Shown: positions 1 through 8,802 of the stretch, piece by piece
Numbering within the stretch: position 1 is the first letter of the stretch
Layout of the letters: each line of letters opens with the position of its first letter
IMG/VR virus record: IMGVR_UViG_3300014201_000016
Location: 1-38,734 of that record
DNA: 38,734 nucleotides
Source: a virus
Lineage: Duplodnaviria > Caudoviricetes
Reading direction: 5' to 3' (one strand)
Notes under the pieces: model-generated
Seen by the model: the letters and a program-made list of their open reading frames with translations, nothing else
Told to the model about the DNA's origin: nothing
The model's database searches: none
Program-made: the position numbers and the translations under genes

Positions 1-124
1 CGCTGCCGCCAACACTACCTACGCTGCTGCCAGCGCTGCAAGAAGTCAGTGCTATGAGCGCATGGCTGAGAAGCTACTGGAGCTGATGGCTGAGTGTCCT
101 AGAGAGTGGTTGCGATGGGAGTAG
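1..124 (+). CDS. C-terminal part of an alanine-rich protein (5' partial)
   Basis: The frame starting at base 2 reads AAANTTYAAASAARSQCYERMAEKLLELMAECPREWLRWE* (TAG 122-124), just before the ATG at 129. Confidence 0.6.
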   Translation, partial: AAANTTYAAASAARSQCYERMAEKLLELMAECPREWLRWE

Positions 125-128
125 CAGC

Positions 129-383
129 ATGAACGATCCCTTCGACACTAGTTACGACTTCGAGAAAGAGGCTTATATGGACTCAGAAGCTGATTCTCTG
201 AACGATATGGCTAAGGTTAGAGAGACCATCTCGCAAGCCATCTCGACCATATCTGAAGCAAAGGAAAAGCTAATGAGATTGCGAGAGGAGAACACCAAGC
301 TCAAGACTCAATGCGAACTCTATCGCGCTATAGCTAAGATTAACCATGACACCATCGTGAAGCAGAGAATGGATGAGCGATGA
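129..383 (+). CDS. hypothetical coiled-coil protein
   Basis: 84-aa ORF, GGAG upstream, ATGA overlap with the next ORF. Confidence 0.65.
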   Translation: MNDPFDTSYDFEKEAYMDSEADSLNDMAKVRETISQAISTISEAKEKLMRLREENTKLKTQCELYRAIAKINHDTIVKQRMDER

Positions 384-547
384 TGTGGGACGATTATGAC
401 GTGATAGGTATCTATTGCATTCTGGTACTTCTCACTTTCTATGCCATGTATGAGCTTTATTGTTACTTGGATAGAAAGCGCAGACAGAGAATGCTGAGAG
501 TGAAGTTTAGGTTCTGCAGGGAAGTAGGATTTAGGGCGAGAAAGTGA
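380..547 (+). CDS. small single-pass membrane protein (55 aa, not in ORF track)
   Basis: MMWDDYDVIGIYCILVLLTFYAMYELYCYLDRKRRQR...: hydrophobic stretch followed by a basic tail; overlaps both neighbours by 4 nt. Confidence 0.6.
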   Translation: MMWDDYDVIGIYCILVLLTFYAMYELYCYLDRKRRQRMLRVKFRFCREVGFRARK

Positions 548-867
548 TCGATGAATCTAAAATGGAGCGAGCACTTCAGTTTCTTGCTGAGACTGACGAG
601 AAGGCTGCCAGCCTCAAAGCTGACGTAGCTCGTACTGAATACGTCGCCAAACTCAGAGAATCCAGTGCCTATCTGACCGCTTCAGGGGAAACAGTGAAGG
701 AGAGAGAATCCATAGCTAAGACCGCTCCTGACGTACAGGAAGGCTGGGACTTGCATTTCAAAGCAATAGCAGAGTTTGAGAAGGTGAGAGCGAGAAGGGA
801 AAGAGCGGTATTGGTTTGTGATCTCTTTCGCACCCTTGCCGCAAACCGTAGAGCGGGGCAGGTATGA
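544..867 (+). CDS. helical phage protein, possibly UvsY-like recombination mediator
   Basis: 107-aa all-helical ORF (TVKERESIA...WDLH...FRTLAANRR) coupled to a Ref-like nuclease; the family call is tentative. Confidence 0.5.
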   Translation: MIDESKMERALQFLAETDEKAASLKADVARTEYVAKLRESSAYLTASGETVKERESIAKTAPDVQEGWDLHFKAIAEFEKVRARRERAVLVCDLFRTLAANRRAGQV

Positions 868-1208
868 ATGAAGAACGCTATAAAGCTCTCTTTTCCCTTG
901 GCTGTCTTCCCTGTCGGCTAATTGGGGCAATAGTCCAATGCGGGAAGACTGAGATTCATCATCAGAATCTGGGTGGACACGCAGGACAGAAAAGACTCGG
1001 TGATGATTTTACGATTCCTTTGGGAGAATACCACCACAGGGGCAAGATAACTTGGAACAAGACCAAAGCAGAGATGATCGAGATTTACGGCCCCTCGCTA
1101 GCCTATGGTTCTAAGCCATTTCATGAGAGATTTGGTTCAGATGCTGCTTTGCTTGAGAAGACGAATGAGCTTTTAAGGACGGCCTCTCAGGCTCTCAGAG
1201 CTCGCTGA
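864..1208 (+). CDS. Ref-like (RecA-dependent) HNH nuclease
   Basis: GCLPC...EIHH...GQKR.GDDFTIPLGEYHHRG...GPSLA...F...FGSD..LL pattern typical of the Ref family. Confidence 0.7.
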   Translation: MNEERYKALFSLGCLPCRLIGAIVQCGKTEIHHQNLGGHAGQKRLGDDFTIPLGEYHHRGKITWNKTKAEMIEIYGPSLAYGSKPFHERFGSDAALLEKTNELLRTASQALRAR

Positions 1209-1344
1209 TGTACGCCCTGACTGGGTGGTTGTCGAGAACACGCATCATCGGTGGCGAACTTGGGTGCCCGAGCTGCGGCGCATTCTTTGGGGAGTCGGGT
1301 ATGCCAGCCTGCCGCCGCCAACCTTACCTTGGAGTAGCCTGAAA

Positions 1345-1806
1345 ATGATTGTCATGAGCCGCCCCCTCACCCTTGAGACCCTCCTCAAGCGCGGCGCGTG
1401 CGCCGACCAGCGTCAGCGGTTCGCCGACACCTTCGGCAAGTCCGTGGACGTGACGCCGGAACTCTGCATGAGCGTAGCTGACCAGTTCGACTGGTCTTGG
1501 GCCGTGCGGTGTCTGCTCTCACCCGAGGCGCGGGCCGAGCACGAGCGCGTGTGCGCCCCGGCACGGGCCGAGTACGGGCGCGTGCGCGACTCGGCGCAGG
1601 CCGAGTACGAGCGCGTGCGCGACTTGGCGTGGGCCGAGTACGAGCGCGTGCGCGACTTGGCGTGGGCCGAGTACGAGCGCGTGCGCGCCGAGTACGAGCG
1701 CGTGCGCGCCGAGTACTGGCGCGTGCGCGACTCGGCGCTGGCCGAGTGCGAGCGCGTGTGCGCTCGCGAGTTCGGTCGGCTTTACGCGAACGGGGGTGCG
1801 GCATGA
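1345..1806 (+). CDS. 11-aa repeat protein, copy 1 (start ATG 1345 or 1354)
   Basis: GGAG at 1331-1334; N-terminal TLETLLKRGACADQ...FDWSWA domain followed by AEYERVRxxAx repeats; near-identical paralogue at 2286. Confidence 0.8.
   Translation: MIVMSRPLTLETLLKRGACADQRQRFADTFGKSVDVTPELCMSVADQFDWSWAVRCLLSPEARAEHERVCAPARAEYGRVRDSAQAEYERVRDLAWAEYERVRDLAWAEYERVRAEYERVRAEYWRVRDSALAECERVCAREFGRLYANGGAA
1534..1773 (+). repeat. tandem 33-bp and 21-bp coding repeats
   Basis: Unit core gccgagtacgagcgcgtgcgc; eight units, two of them shortened to 21 bp. Confidence 0.9.
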
Positions 1807-2135
1807 GCCGCCCCCTCACCCTTCAGGACGCCAACGTGCTCTTTTGTCGCCGGCTGCTCGGGATGACTCTCGATGAGGTGCGGCCGCTGACCACCCCGGC
1901 GGAGCGCAAACGCGCCTGGGTGTGGCACTCATCCGCGCTCGACCACTGGGAGTTTCACGGCCCCGACGGCTACTACTGGCACGGCCGCGCCGACAACGCC
2001 TATCACGCGCGGCAGCAGGGCTGGGCCGCTTGGCTTGAGCATCTGCACAGAGAGCACGTCGACATGGTCACCCGCCTACAGGGCACGCGCGAGCGCGAGG
2101 CGCAGGCTCTACGCACCGGAGGGTTCCGCTCATGA
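1803..2135 (+). CDS. hypothetical Trp/His-rich protein (110 aa)
   Basis: ATGA-coupled to copy 1; begins MSRPLTL with the same first 21 nt as the copy-1 ATG at 1354. Confidence 0.7.
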   Translation: MSRPLTLQDANVLFCRRLLGMTLDEVRPLTTPAERKRAWVWHSSALDHWEFHGPDGYYWHGRADNAYHARQQGWAAWLEHLHREHVDMVTRLQGTREREAQALRTGGFRS

Positions 2136-2285
2136 TCCGCGATCGACAATGGGTCTGCACCGAGCTCGCGCCGGTGTCGTTCCACACGGTAGCCACTTCG
2201 CGGCTGTCCGCCATGATGTTGAACCACGGGTTCGGAGTGTGCGGCACCCCGGGCCGGCGCTGGTCGCGTTGGCTGTGGTGATGTC

Positions 2286-2789
2286 ATGAGACTCACCCTT
2301 GAGACCCTCCTCAAGCGCGGCGCGTGCGCCGACCAGTGTCAGCGGTTCGCCGACACCTTCGGCAAGTCTGTGGACGTGACGCCGGAACTCTGCATGAGCG
2401 TAGCCGACCAGTTCGACTGGTCTTGGGCCGCGCGGTGTCTGCTCTCACCCGAGGCGCGGGCCGAGCACGAGCGCGTGTGCGCCCCGGCACGGGCCGAGTA
2501 CAAGCGCGTGCGCGACTCGGCGCTGGCCGAGTACTGGCGCGTGCGCGCCCCGGCGCTGGCCGAGTACGAGCGCGTGCGCGCCCCGGCGCTGGCCGAGTAC
2601 GAGCGCGTGCGCGACTCAGCGCTGGCCGATTACAAGCGCGTGCGCGACTCGGCGCTGGCCGAGTACTGGCGCGTGTGCGCCTCGGCGTGGGCCGAGTACG
2701 AGCGCGTGCGCGACTCGGCGCAGGCCGAGTACGAGCGCGTGTGCGCTCGCGAGTTCGGCCGGCTTTACGCGAACGGGGGTGCGGCATGA
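2286..2789 (+). CDS. 11-aa repeat protein, copy 2
   Basis: N- and C-terminal parts almost identical to 1354-1806; nine 33-bp units in a different order. Confidence 0.8.
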   Translation: MRLTLETLLKRGACADQCQRFADTFGKSVDVTPELCMSVADQFDWSWAARCLLSPEARAEHERVCAPARAEYKRVRDSALAEYWRVRAPALAEYERVRAPALAEYERVRDSALADYKRVRDSALAEYWRVCASAWAEYERVRDSAQAEYERVCAREFGRLYANGGAA

Positions 2790-2840
2790 GCTTCACAGAA
2801 CTGCAAAGGAAAGCGCTGGCACGCGCCGGTTTTCAGCGCT

Positions 2841-3161
2841 CTCGCTGGCTCTTGGATCACAGTCCTAGGAAATACCCTCAATATCAATACTGACGGTACA
2901 TTCTCGATCCTGGATGACGGAAGACTCTCCCAAGACAATACGGGTTGTTTATTCAGTGGCCAGATAGTGATTCTCGACCCGACGCAGAACGTCTACAGCG
3001 TGACTGCCACTACAAGTGATAATCCAGGAGGGGGGCAACCCTGCACTCAAGTCGGAGATAGCATTCAAGGGGTTTTAACGGTTCTACCCTCAGGTCAATT
3101 GGCTGGGGGAATCAGCGACTCCACAGGTCAGGTCATGACAAGCTTCGATACGAGTCCCTGA
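2841..3161 (+). pseudogene. 5'-truncated beta-rich exported-protein fragment
   Basis: Open frame LAGSWITVLGNTLNINTDGTF...GCLFSGQIVILDPTQNVYSV...* has no usable start at its 5' end and begins at the island boundary. Confidence 0.45.
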
Positions 3162-3270
3162 AAGCTCTCGGTGAGGTCCTTTCAGTTCATCAATCTCTAA
3201 CTGCAATACCTCCATCAGGAGCTCGAGGCGCTTAACCTCTCGCTCCAGATGACGGACTCTGTGTTCTAGG

Positions 3271-3582
3271 TTATGGGGTGACAATGGTCACCGTGGTGCC
3301 GGAGAGCTGAAGGGCCGCAGTGGTAGAGGTTGTATTGAAGGCCTGGACAATCGCAGGATAAGCAGTCCCGGCAGAATCTGTCGCTACGGACGACACAGAA
3401 CCTGCTCCTGCGGCAACGGTCAGGCTAGCCGAGGTCCAGGGAGTAGGAGTCTCGGAGCCGTTCAGGGTCACCGTCTGGGTGGCTCCCGAGGAGTCTGTAA
3501 CTGTGGCCACGACCTGGGCAATGGTGACGCCGGCCGGAAGGGCCGGACCCTGAAATACTTCGCTAATGGTGATGACGGACAT
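3271..3582 (-). CDS. small beta-sandwich-like protein
   Basis: 103-aa Thr/Ala/Val-rich ORF at the end of the late operon. Confidence 0.65.
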   Translation of the reverse strand: MSVITISEVFQGPALPAGVTIAQVVATVTDSSGATQTVTLNGSETPTPWTSASLTVAAGAGSVSSVATDSAGTAYPAIVQAFNTTSTTAALQLSGTTVTIVTP

Positions 3583-3584
3583 GA

Positions 3585-3776
3585 TTACTTTCCTTGAGCT
3601 TTGAGGGTTGCTACTAAGGCCACGGCGACGCTTTCCTCGACGCCGTAAGCAGTGAATAAGGCTTGAACCTGGGCGTCTGTCACCGCCGGTCCTCCAGAGA
3701 GTTCCTGCTGGATAAGGGCAAAGAGCTGCGGTGCAACATTCAGGAGAGCGGTGAGGATACTGGCTGCGGTACTCAT
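3585..3776 (-). CDS. small hydrophobic lysis-region protein
   Basis: 63 aa, ATGA-coupled to the upstream lipoprotein. Confidence 0.65.
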   Translation of the reverse strand: MSTAASILTALLNVAPQLFALIQQELSGGPAVTDAQVQALFTAYGVEESVAVALVATLKAQGK

Positions 3777-4126
3777 GGCGCTGGCACCTTGGCTATACAG
3801 GCATCAATGGTACTTGCCGTGCCCCCAGGCACGAGACAGGCGCTGATGGCGGTCAGAGAGGTCATGGCCGCTGTAAATGTGGCAGTGGCACTGGTAGCAT
3901 TCCCAGCATTGCTAGCCTGTTCTGCCACCACTAAAGCCGCTTCTACCGCATTGGTCGCCGTAATGACCTTGGCCAATTGAGTGCTCGAGATCGCACCGGA
4001 GTTTGCCAGAGATACCGCCGCTGTCAAAGCTGCAGTATTCAACTGAGCGGCGGTGGCAATGGATGAGGTTACCGTTGGGGTCGAAGCACAACCTGCGAGA
4101 CACAGGGTAAGGATTAGGTATCTCAT
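3773..4126 (-). CDS. lipoprotein (possible spanin-like role)
   Basis: True start MRYLILTLCLAGC at 4126 with lipobox LAGC; lies downstream of the endolysin. Confidence 0.7.
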   Translation of the reverse strand: MRYLILTLCLAGCASTPTVTSSIATAAQLNTAALTAAVSLANSGAISSTQLAKVITATNAVEAALVVAEQASNAGNATSATATFTAAMTSLTAISACLVPGGTASTIDACIAKVPAP

Positions 4127-4308
4127 CTCAGTGACCCCAGACTCCCTGAATCCACGACATTGAGTAACCAGACCAAGAGTATCACCCCAACGATGACATA
4201 AATAATCACCTTGAGGATCGGTGGGATGCCTGGGACCTGCTGGATGCCCCAGAGGATCAGTCCAACGATCGCTAGGACGATCAGAGCGACTAGAAGTAAG
4301 TGAATCAT
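4123..4308 (-). CDS. two-TM small membrane protein (61 aa)
   Basis: MIHLLLVALIVLAIVGLILWGIQQVPGIPPILKVIIYVIVGVILLVWLL; 4-nt overlaps with both neighbours. Confidence 0.75.
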   Translation of the reverse strand: MIHLLLVALIVLAIVGLILWGIQQVPGIPPILKVIIYVIVGVILLVWLLNVVDSGSLGSLR

Positions 4309-4574
4309 TTTGGTGTACTCGGTGAGACCTTGGGTAGATCGGAAGCCTTGTCCACTGCAACAATGCTCTTGGCTGCCGCAACAGTATTTGCTGTGGATTG
4401 GCCACGCCAAAACGTTAGGACCGCAATCGCCGCCGTATACCATTTGATCTGAGAGGCTGGAATGACGTTGCTCGAGAGCAGGATGGTTATTGTTCCTCCC
4501 GCGACACCAAGAATCCGGGTGAAACGGTCCTCGGTCCAGCTGTAGACATTGGTTAAGAACTGCCAGAATGTCAT
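4305..4574 (-). CDS. holin-like membrane protein
   Basis: Two hydrophobic segments; directly follows the endolysin. Confidence 0.55.
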   Translation of the reverse strand: MTFWQFLTNVYSWTEDRFTRILGVAGGTITILLSSNVIPASQIKWYTAAIAVLTFWRGQSTANTVAAAKSIVAVDKASDLPKVSPSTPK

Positions 4575-5006
4575 TTAAGTCCAACTCCCTGTAAAAAGTA
4601 CCGTTCCTGCCCAATCATAGCGCGATTTCAGTTGCGGTTCAGTCACTTGGCATTGATTCTGAGCCTCAGCCCAGTTTCCGGCCTGGATAGCCGCTATCAT
4701 TTTGGGGAAACCCCGTATCAAACCGTTGAAGCCGAGATTGAAGGCGAGTGTGATCAGGACTGCCTGTCTCGCGTCATCGAGGCCTATAAACCACGGTAGC
4801 TGATTCAGTGAGGCGTTCAGAGCGTCCACTTGCCACTGAAGGACCGATGACGCCAAGGCTATCGGCCAATCCCGGCAGGCGCAGCCAAATCCTATCGTGG
4901 GGACCCCTTGGGTAATGATTGGCATACCGTCGGAGTCGTCATAGACATTGGCTCTGAAGCCTTCGAGAGTTTGTAATTTAGCAACAGCTAGATCCACTGC
5001 ACTCAT
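4575..5006 (-). CDS. endolysin, GH24 phage lysozyme
   Basis: EGFRANVYDD...PTIGFG catalytic motif and RQAVLITLAFNLG...FPKM..AI..GNW.EA. Confidence 0.9.
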   Translation of the reverse strand: MSAVDLAVAKLQTLEGFRANVYDDSDGMPIITQGVPTIGFGCACRDWPIALASSVLQWQVDALNASLNQLPWFIGLDDARQAVLITLAFNLGFNGLIRGFPKMIAAIQAGNWAEAQNQCQVTEPQLKSRYDWAGTVLFTGSWT

Positions 5007-5248
5007 GGCGCTTTTCGTATCCCGAGGCTCAAAAGAATCTGATCCAGGCGAGCTCTATTCTCGGTGTGTTGTCGTTCCTGGTTCTCTTTCCAATCCCGGA
5101 TCTCATCCCGGAGATTAAGGAGCTCTGAGCGATCGACTTTGTCCCTGACGGTATCTGCAGTGCGTTTGACGAACATGACGATCAAGCCTCCGAGAAGCGT
5201 CAATAACGCATTCCAGATATTGTGTGCTATGGGTTCCGGGCCATCCAT
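5003..5248 (-). CDS. membrane-anchored coiled-coil protein (holin/antiholin candidate)
   Basis: One N-terminal TM segment plus coiled coil, coupled to the endolysin. Confidence 0.6.
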   Translation of the reverse strand: MDGPEPIAHNIWNALLTLLGGLIVMFVKRTADTVRDKVDRSELLNLRDEIRDWKENQERQHTENRARLDQILLSLGIRKAP

Positions 5249-5305
5249 CGGAAAATCCCTATAGAAGTCCTGGAGTTCTCTATAGACCGCTCCTTGGTCA
5301 TTCTC

Positions 5306-7450
5306 TTATCCGGTGATATTGACAGCAGGGGAGGACACATTGGTAACGATGATCGTGAGTACTCTGGAGGTCTCAGTAGCTATCGTGGCTACCAAAGAGA
5401 GATTACCGACCAGAGTTACACCGGAACCTGCAAGAATCGTCTCGGTGTGTCCTGTCGTGTTCTGAATCTCACACTGGAAACTCGATCCCACAACCGGAGG
5501 AGGAATGAACTGAGCCAGGATATTCGTTGCGGTATCTGTCGTATCGTTGAAGTTTCCCGACTGAGAGCCACCTCGAAGAATAATCCCGCTATAAAGTCCT
5601 GCAGCAGTGAGAGTTCCCGCTCCGACCGTGGATATGGTCGTAGTTGAAATAGACGGCGGAAAGGCATCCCAAGTCACTAGAGAGCCTGAAGTGGGTCGTG
5701 TATCCCCTCCTAGAGATGGCACTCCGTGAACGTTTACGGCTCCCCCGTACGTATTGGGGAATGAGCCGAAAGTAATAGCACTGCCACTGATTCCTGAGTC
5801 GGGTTGTATTCCTGTGACGTTTAGACGACAGGAAATCCCAGAAAATGCAGGAGCGGTAGTACTGATATACCAGTCTCCTCCAATCCAAGTCGCATTGCCT
5901 CCGTTCTGGTAGAAGCCATAATGGGTGAAGTCCTCCATGTGACAACCGATAAAGGTAGTCCCAATCGGACCACTCACAAAATAGCTTCTGTCTCCTCCTT
6001 CTCCATCACAGGTGATGAAACATCCCCCGGCATCATAATCCGCAATGTAATGTGCGCACCAATAGGTCGGAGTGATATCTGTTCCTTCATTCGCCATCCA
6101 GTCGACGAACCACGGACGGTTGGATGAGGTCATAGGTGCAGCAGTGGCAGCTACAGCGAAGTCCATGCAATTGATCCGGGTTGTATGATCCCCGCTCACC
6201 CACCCAAATCCTACGAACTGTGCTGCTGAGACAATGTTCTGGAACTTGGAATAAGCACTCCCTGTATTCTCAATACTGACCTGAAAATCATAGATAAGAC
6301 AGTTCTCTATAACTCCTTGGGGAGCGACGTTATATCTGATCCCCATGTACTGGGAGTTACTTGCAACTAAAGCAATGTTCTTGACCCCAACCCCTTGAGA
6401 GTAACTTCCATAGTTCGAGGTTTCCATGGCGTTTTCACCGACGGAGATCAGCTCGGTCATGCGGGTTCCGGCTGTGATTCCGGTAATCGACCAAGTAGAA
6501 GTATTCGTAGGCTGTGTCGTCCAAGGCCAGGAGACCGTCAAGACACCACTTCCACTCACGTAACTGTTAATAGGTCTAACCTGTCCCGAGCCTGTTCCCC
6601 CGGTGATCGTGATGTAGCCGTAATTGACTGTTAGACCCGTACTAATAGTGATCGTACTCGCCCCACCCGCAGAGGCAGTACCGTTATAAGCGGTCTGATT
6701 CACAAGCCAGAACCCTGAAGCGTCTATGGCGATGGATTGTTGAGTAGAACTCTTGTAATAGATCATCGCGCACTGCGGGGTGCTACCAGCAGCGGTCACC
6801 ACAAAGGCCTGCTGGATGGGTCCACAATCCTCTCCCACCAGATGCACATTGGAGTTCAGATACAAGGTGGAACTGACGATATATATCCCCCGAGGAATAT
6901 AAACCTCTCCGCCTTGGACTTGGCACTGCGCTTGAGTAGTTGGAGAGACGATGTAGCTGACAGAATTTATGGCTGATTGAAACGCAGTTGTGCTATCAGT
7001 AGTTCCAGTGGGATCAGCTCCGTATCTAAGAACATTACCGGAAGCGTACCAGTAATACGTCGGGGTGACTCCAGCAGTCTTTTCCTGGGTCGTCTGGGGA
7101 TATAAAACTCCCCCGATAATCGCTTGGGTTAATGCAGTGGGAAGATAAGTCCCCAGCATCACACTGAAGCCCTGGACGTTATCGACCGGCCATCCAGGAA
7201 TCTGATTTCCCGAAGCATCCGTCAGATTCAGCTTGTAGGAGAGCGTCGGATCGAGCCAGAGCGCACACTCCCCTCTCGAGTTGAGCACAATAGGATTAGT
7301 GTTGGGAGTTACCTCAGAAGAGGACGGATAAGTCGCTTGTGGAGTCGTGGTTCCAGCAATGTAGGAATAGAGCAATCCGCCGGCTAAAGGATTACCATTA
7401 TTGTCGAAAGCTTTAAAGACCGGAGTAGGAGCGAGTTGTGCAGTGGTCAT
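5306..7450 (-). CDS. tailspike with pectate-lyase-like beta-helix
   Basis: N-terminal virion-attachment domain (FDNNGNPLAGG...NPIVLNSRGE) and NVLRYGADPTGTTDSTTAFQSAIN...GGEVYIPRGIY beta-helix cap. Confidence 0.85.
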   Translation of the reverse strand: MTTAQLAPTPVFKAFDNNGNPLAGGLLYSYIAGTTTPQATYPSSSEVTPNTNPIVLNSRGECALWLDPTLSYKLNLTDASGNQIPGWPVDNVQGFSVMLGTYLPTALTQAIIGGVLYPQTTQEKTAGVTPTYYWYASGNVLRYGADPTGTTDSTTAFQSAINSVSYIVSPTTQAQCQVQGGEVYIPRGIYIVSSTLYLNSNVHLVGEDCGPIQQAFVVTAAGSTPQCAMIYYKSSTQQSIAIDASGFWLVNQTAYNGTASAGGASTITISTGLTVNYGYITITGGTGSGQVRPINSYVSGSGVLTVSWPWTTQPTNTSTWSITGITAGTRMTELISVGENAMETSNYGSYSQGVGVKNIALVASNSQYMGIRYNVAPQGVIENCLIYDFQVSIENTGSAYSKFQNIVSAAQFVGFGWVSGDHTTRINCMDFAVAATAAPMTSSNRPWFVDWMANEGTDITPTYWCAHYIADYDAGGCFITCDGEGGDRSYFVSGPIGTTFIGCHMEDFTHYGFYQNGGNATWIGGDWYISTTAPAFSGISCRLNVTGIQPDSGISGSAITFGSFPNTYGGAVNVHGVPSLGGDTRPTSGSLVTWDAFPPSISTTTISTVGAGTLTAAGLYSGIILRGGSQSGNFNDTTDTATNILAQFIPPPVVGSSFQCEIQNTTGHTETILAGSGVTLVGNLSLVATIATETSRVLTIIVTNVSSPAVNITG

Positions 7451-8793
7451 AGTCTACGAACGATCATGTAAGAGCCTATGCCTAGAACTGAGGTATTGGC
7501 GGGACCTGAGGTTTGTCCAGCAGTGACGGTCAAAGTCCCTGCAACACTCACAGTGATGACTCCTTCGGCGGTGAATGTATAGGTATTCGATATCCCAGAA
7601 CTGGCTATCGAGGCAAAAGTGGCAGGACTTGCGGATGTTCCGGCCGCTCCTGCAGTAACGGTTGGGCCCCCAGTGGCAACGGTAAATGTCGCCCCTCCAG
7701 CTACTGGAACGAGCCCAGTCCAGGTACTGGTCCCCCCGAACTGCAGGGATAACCCGTCCGAGGTTCCACCTGTTGAGTAAGTAACCGCTAGTACCTTGAC
7801 GGAATAAGTACCGATCTGATTCAAGGTGATCGACAGTCCCGTGGCTGCTTGAGCCGTGACGGTCGTGGTGAAAGCGGTCGAGAGATAAGAGTCATTACTG
7901 ACATTGGCAGATTGGTAAGTCAGAACCGTCCAGTTAGAACCCCCTCTGTACTGAGCCAGGAACCAGTCTCCGGGTGCCCCTTGGATGTTCGCAGAACCAG
8001 GCAGGATGAGGCTGGTGGCGTTATAAGTCAGGACTGGGGACCCGGTCAGGGTCACGCTATAGATCGGCGCCAGGAGGCTCGCAGAGCCCCCAAAGGAGGT
8101 AATCGTGGCATTACCTGTGACTTGAGCTACGTGGGAGGAAGCATTAGCTCCTAGGTCTGTCGTGGCGGCGGAGGCGAAGGGAGAGGACTGGGGGCCGAAT
8201 GTCCCTAAAGCCACACCATAAGAGGCCACGGGAGCGGCAAGTAAAATCCAAGCTCCAGCGTAATAGATCACCTCTGCCATCTGTCCTGCTACCAGCTGTC
8301 CGGCAGCCAAAGCAGAGCCGTTCAGATTGGTGATATTGATCACCCCTAAACCATTGACGTTTAGGGTCGAGCCTCCAGTGTTCGAGTTCGCAGGAACGAA
8401 ATAGAGGACTATGCCATTCGTCAGGGAGGTAAAGGAGGCCGTGAAGTTGACGAGATAGGAGTTAGCTGCTCCGGTATCGACTCCGCCAAAGAGGGTCAGG
8501 AGCTGGGAGACACTGACCTGATCTACCGGATACCCAGGAATCTGATTTCCACTGCTATCGGTAACATTGACCTTAATAAAGGTGTTGGGCGGCAGCCACA
8601 TGGAACACTCGCCCCTAGAATTCAGGACTATCGGATTCGGGTTGGTTGTGGCTCCCGTGGAATCGGTATAAGTCGGGGTCGGCGAAGTAGTCCCAGCTTG
8701 GTAGGTATAGACCAAACCGCCCGATAGAGGAACCCCGTTATTGTCAAAGAACTTCTGGACTAGGAGAGGAGCTAAAACTTCTATATTAGCCAT
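7447..8793 (-). CDS. second tailspike/tail fibre
   Basis: Shares its first ~90 aa with 5306-7450; contains a DTGAANSY...NTGGSTLNVNGLG fibre motif. Confidence 0.8.
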   Translation of the reverse strand: MANIEVLAPLLVQKFFDNNGVPLSGGLVYTYQAGTTSPTPTYTDSTGATTNPNPIVLNSRGECSMWLPPNTFIKVNVTDSSGNQIPGYPVDQVSVSQLLTLFGGVDTGAANSYLVNFTASFTSLTNGIVLYFVPANSNTGGSTLNVNGLGVINITNLNGSALAAGQLVAGQMAEVIYYAGAWILLAAPVASYGVALGTFGPQSSPFASAATTDLGANASSHVAQVTGNATITSFGGSASLLAPIYSVTLTGSPVLTYNATSLILPGSANIQGAPGDWFLAQYRGGSNWTVLTYQSANVSNDSYLSTAFTTTVTAQAATGLSITLNQIGTYSVKVLAVTYSTGGTSDGLSLQFGGTSTWTGLVPVAGGATFTVATGGPTVTAGAAGTSASPATFASIASSGISNTYTFTAEGVITVSVAGTLTVTAGQTSGPANTSVLGIGSYMIVRRL

Positions 8794-8802
8794 GATTGGC
8801 GC

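Larger units (their letters stand above)
1201..2847. mobile_element. GC-rich inserted island bounded by a 7-bp direct repeat (CTCGCTG)
   Basis: Visible jump in GC content and codon style after about 1208 and drop after about 2847; CTCGCTG at 1201-1207 and 2841-2847. Confidence 0.5.

Noticed and set aside
1534-2754. 33-bp repeats as a CRISPR array
   Set aside because: Units are contiguous, in frame and have no unique spacers; no cas genes.
1345-2789. Duplicated genes as a DGR template/variable repeat pair
   Set aside because: Differences are C/T transitions in both directions plus repeat shuffling rather than one-way adenine changes; both copies are intact ORFs; no reverse transcriptase in the window.
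1385-2893. Arg/Ala-rich ORFs 1385-1819(-), 2311-2796(-) and the 5' parts of 1497-2135 and 2324-2893
   Set aside because: Alternative-frame shadows of the GC-rich repeats.
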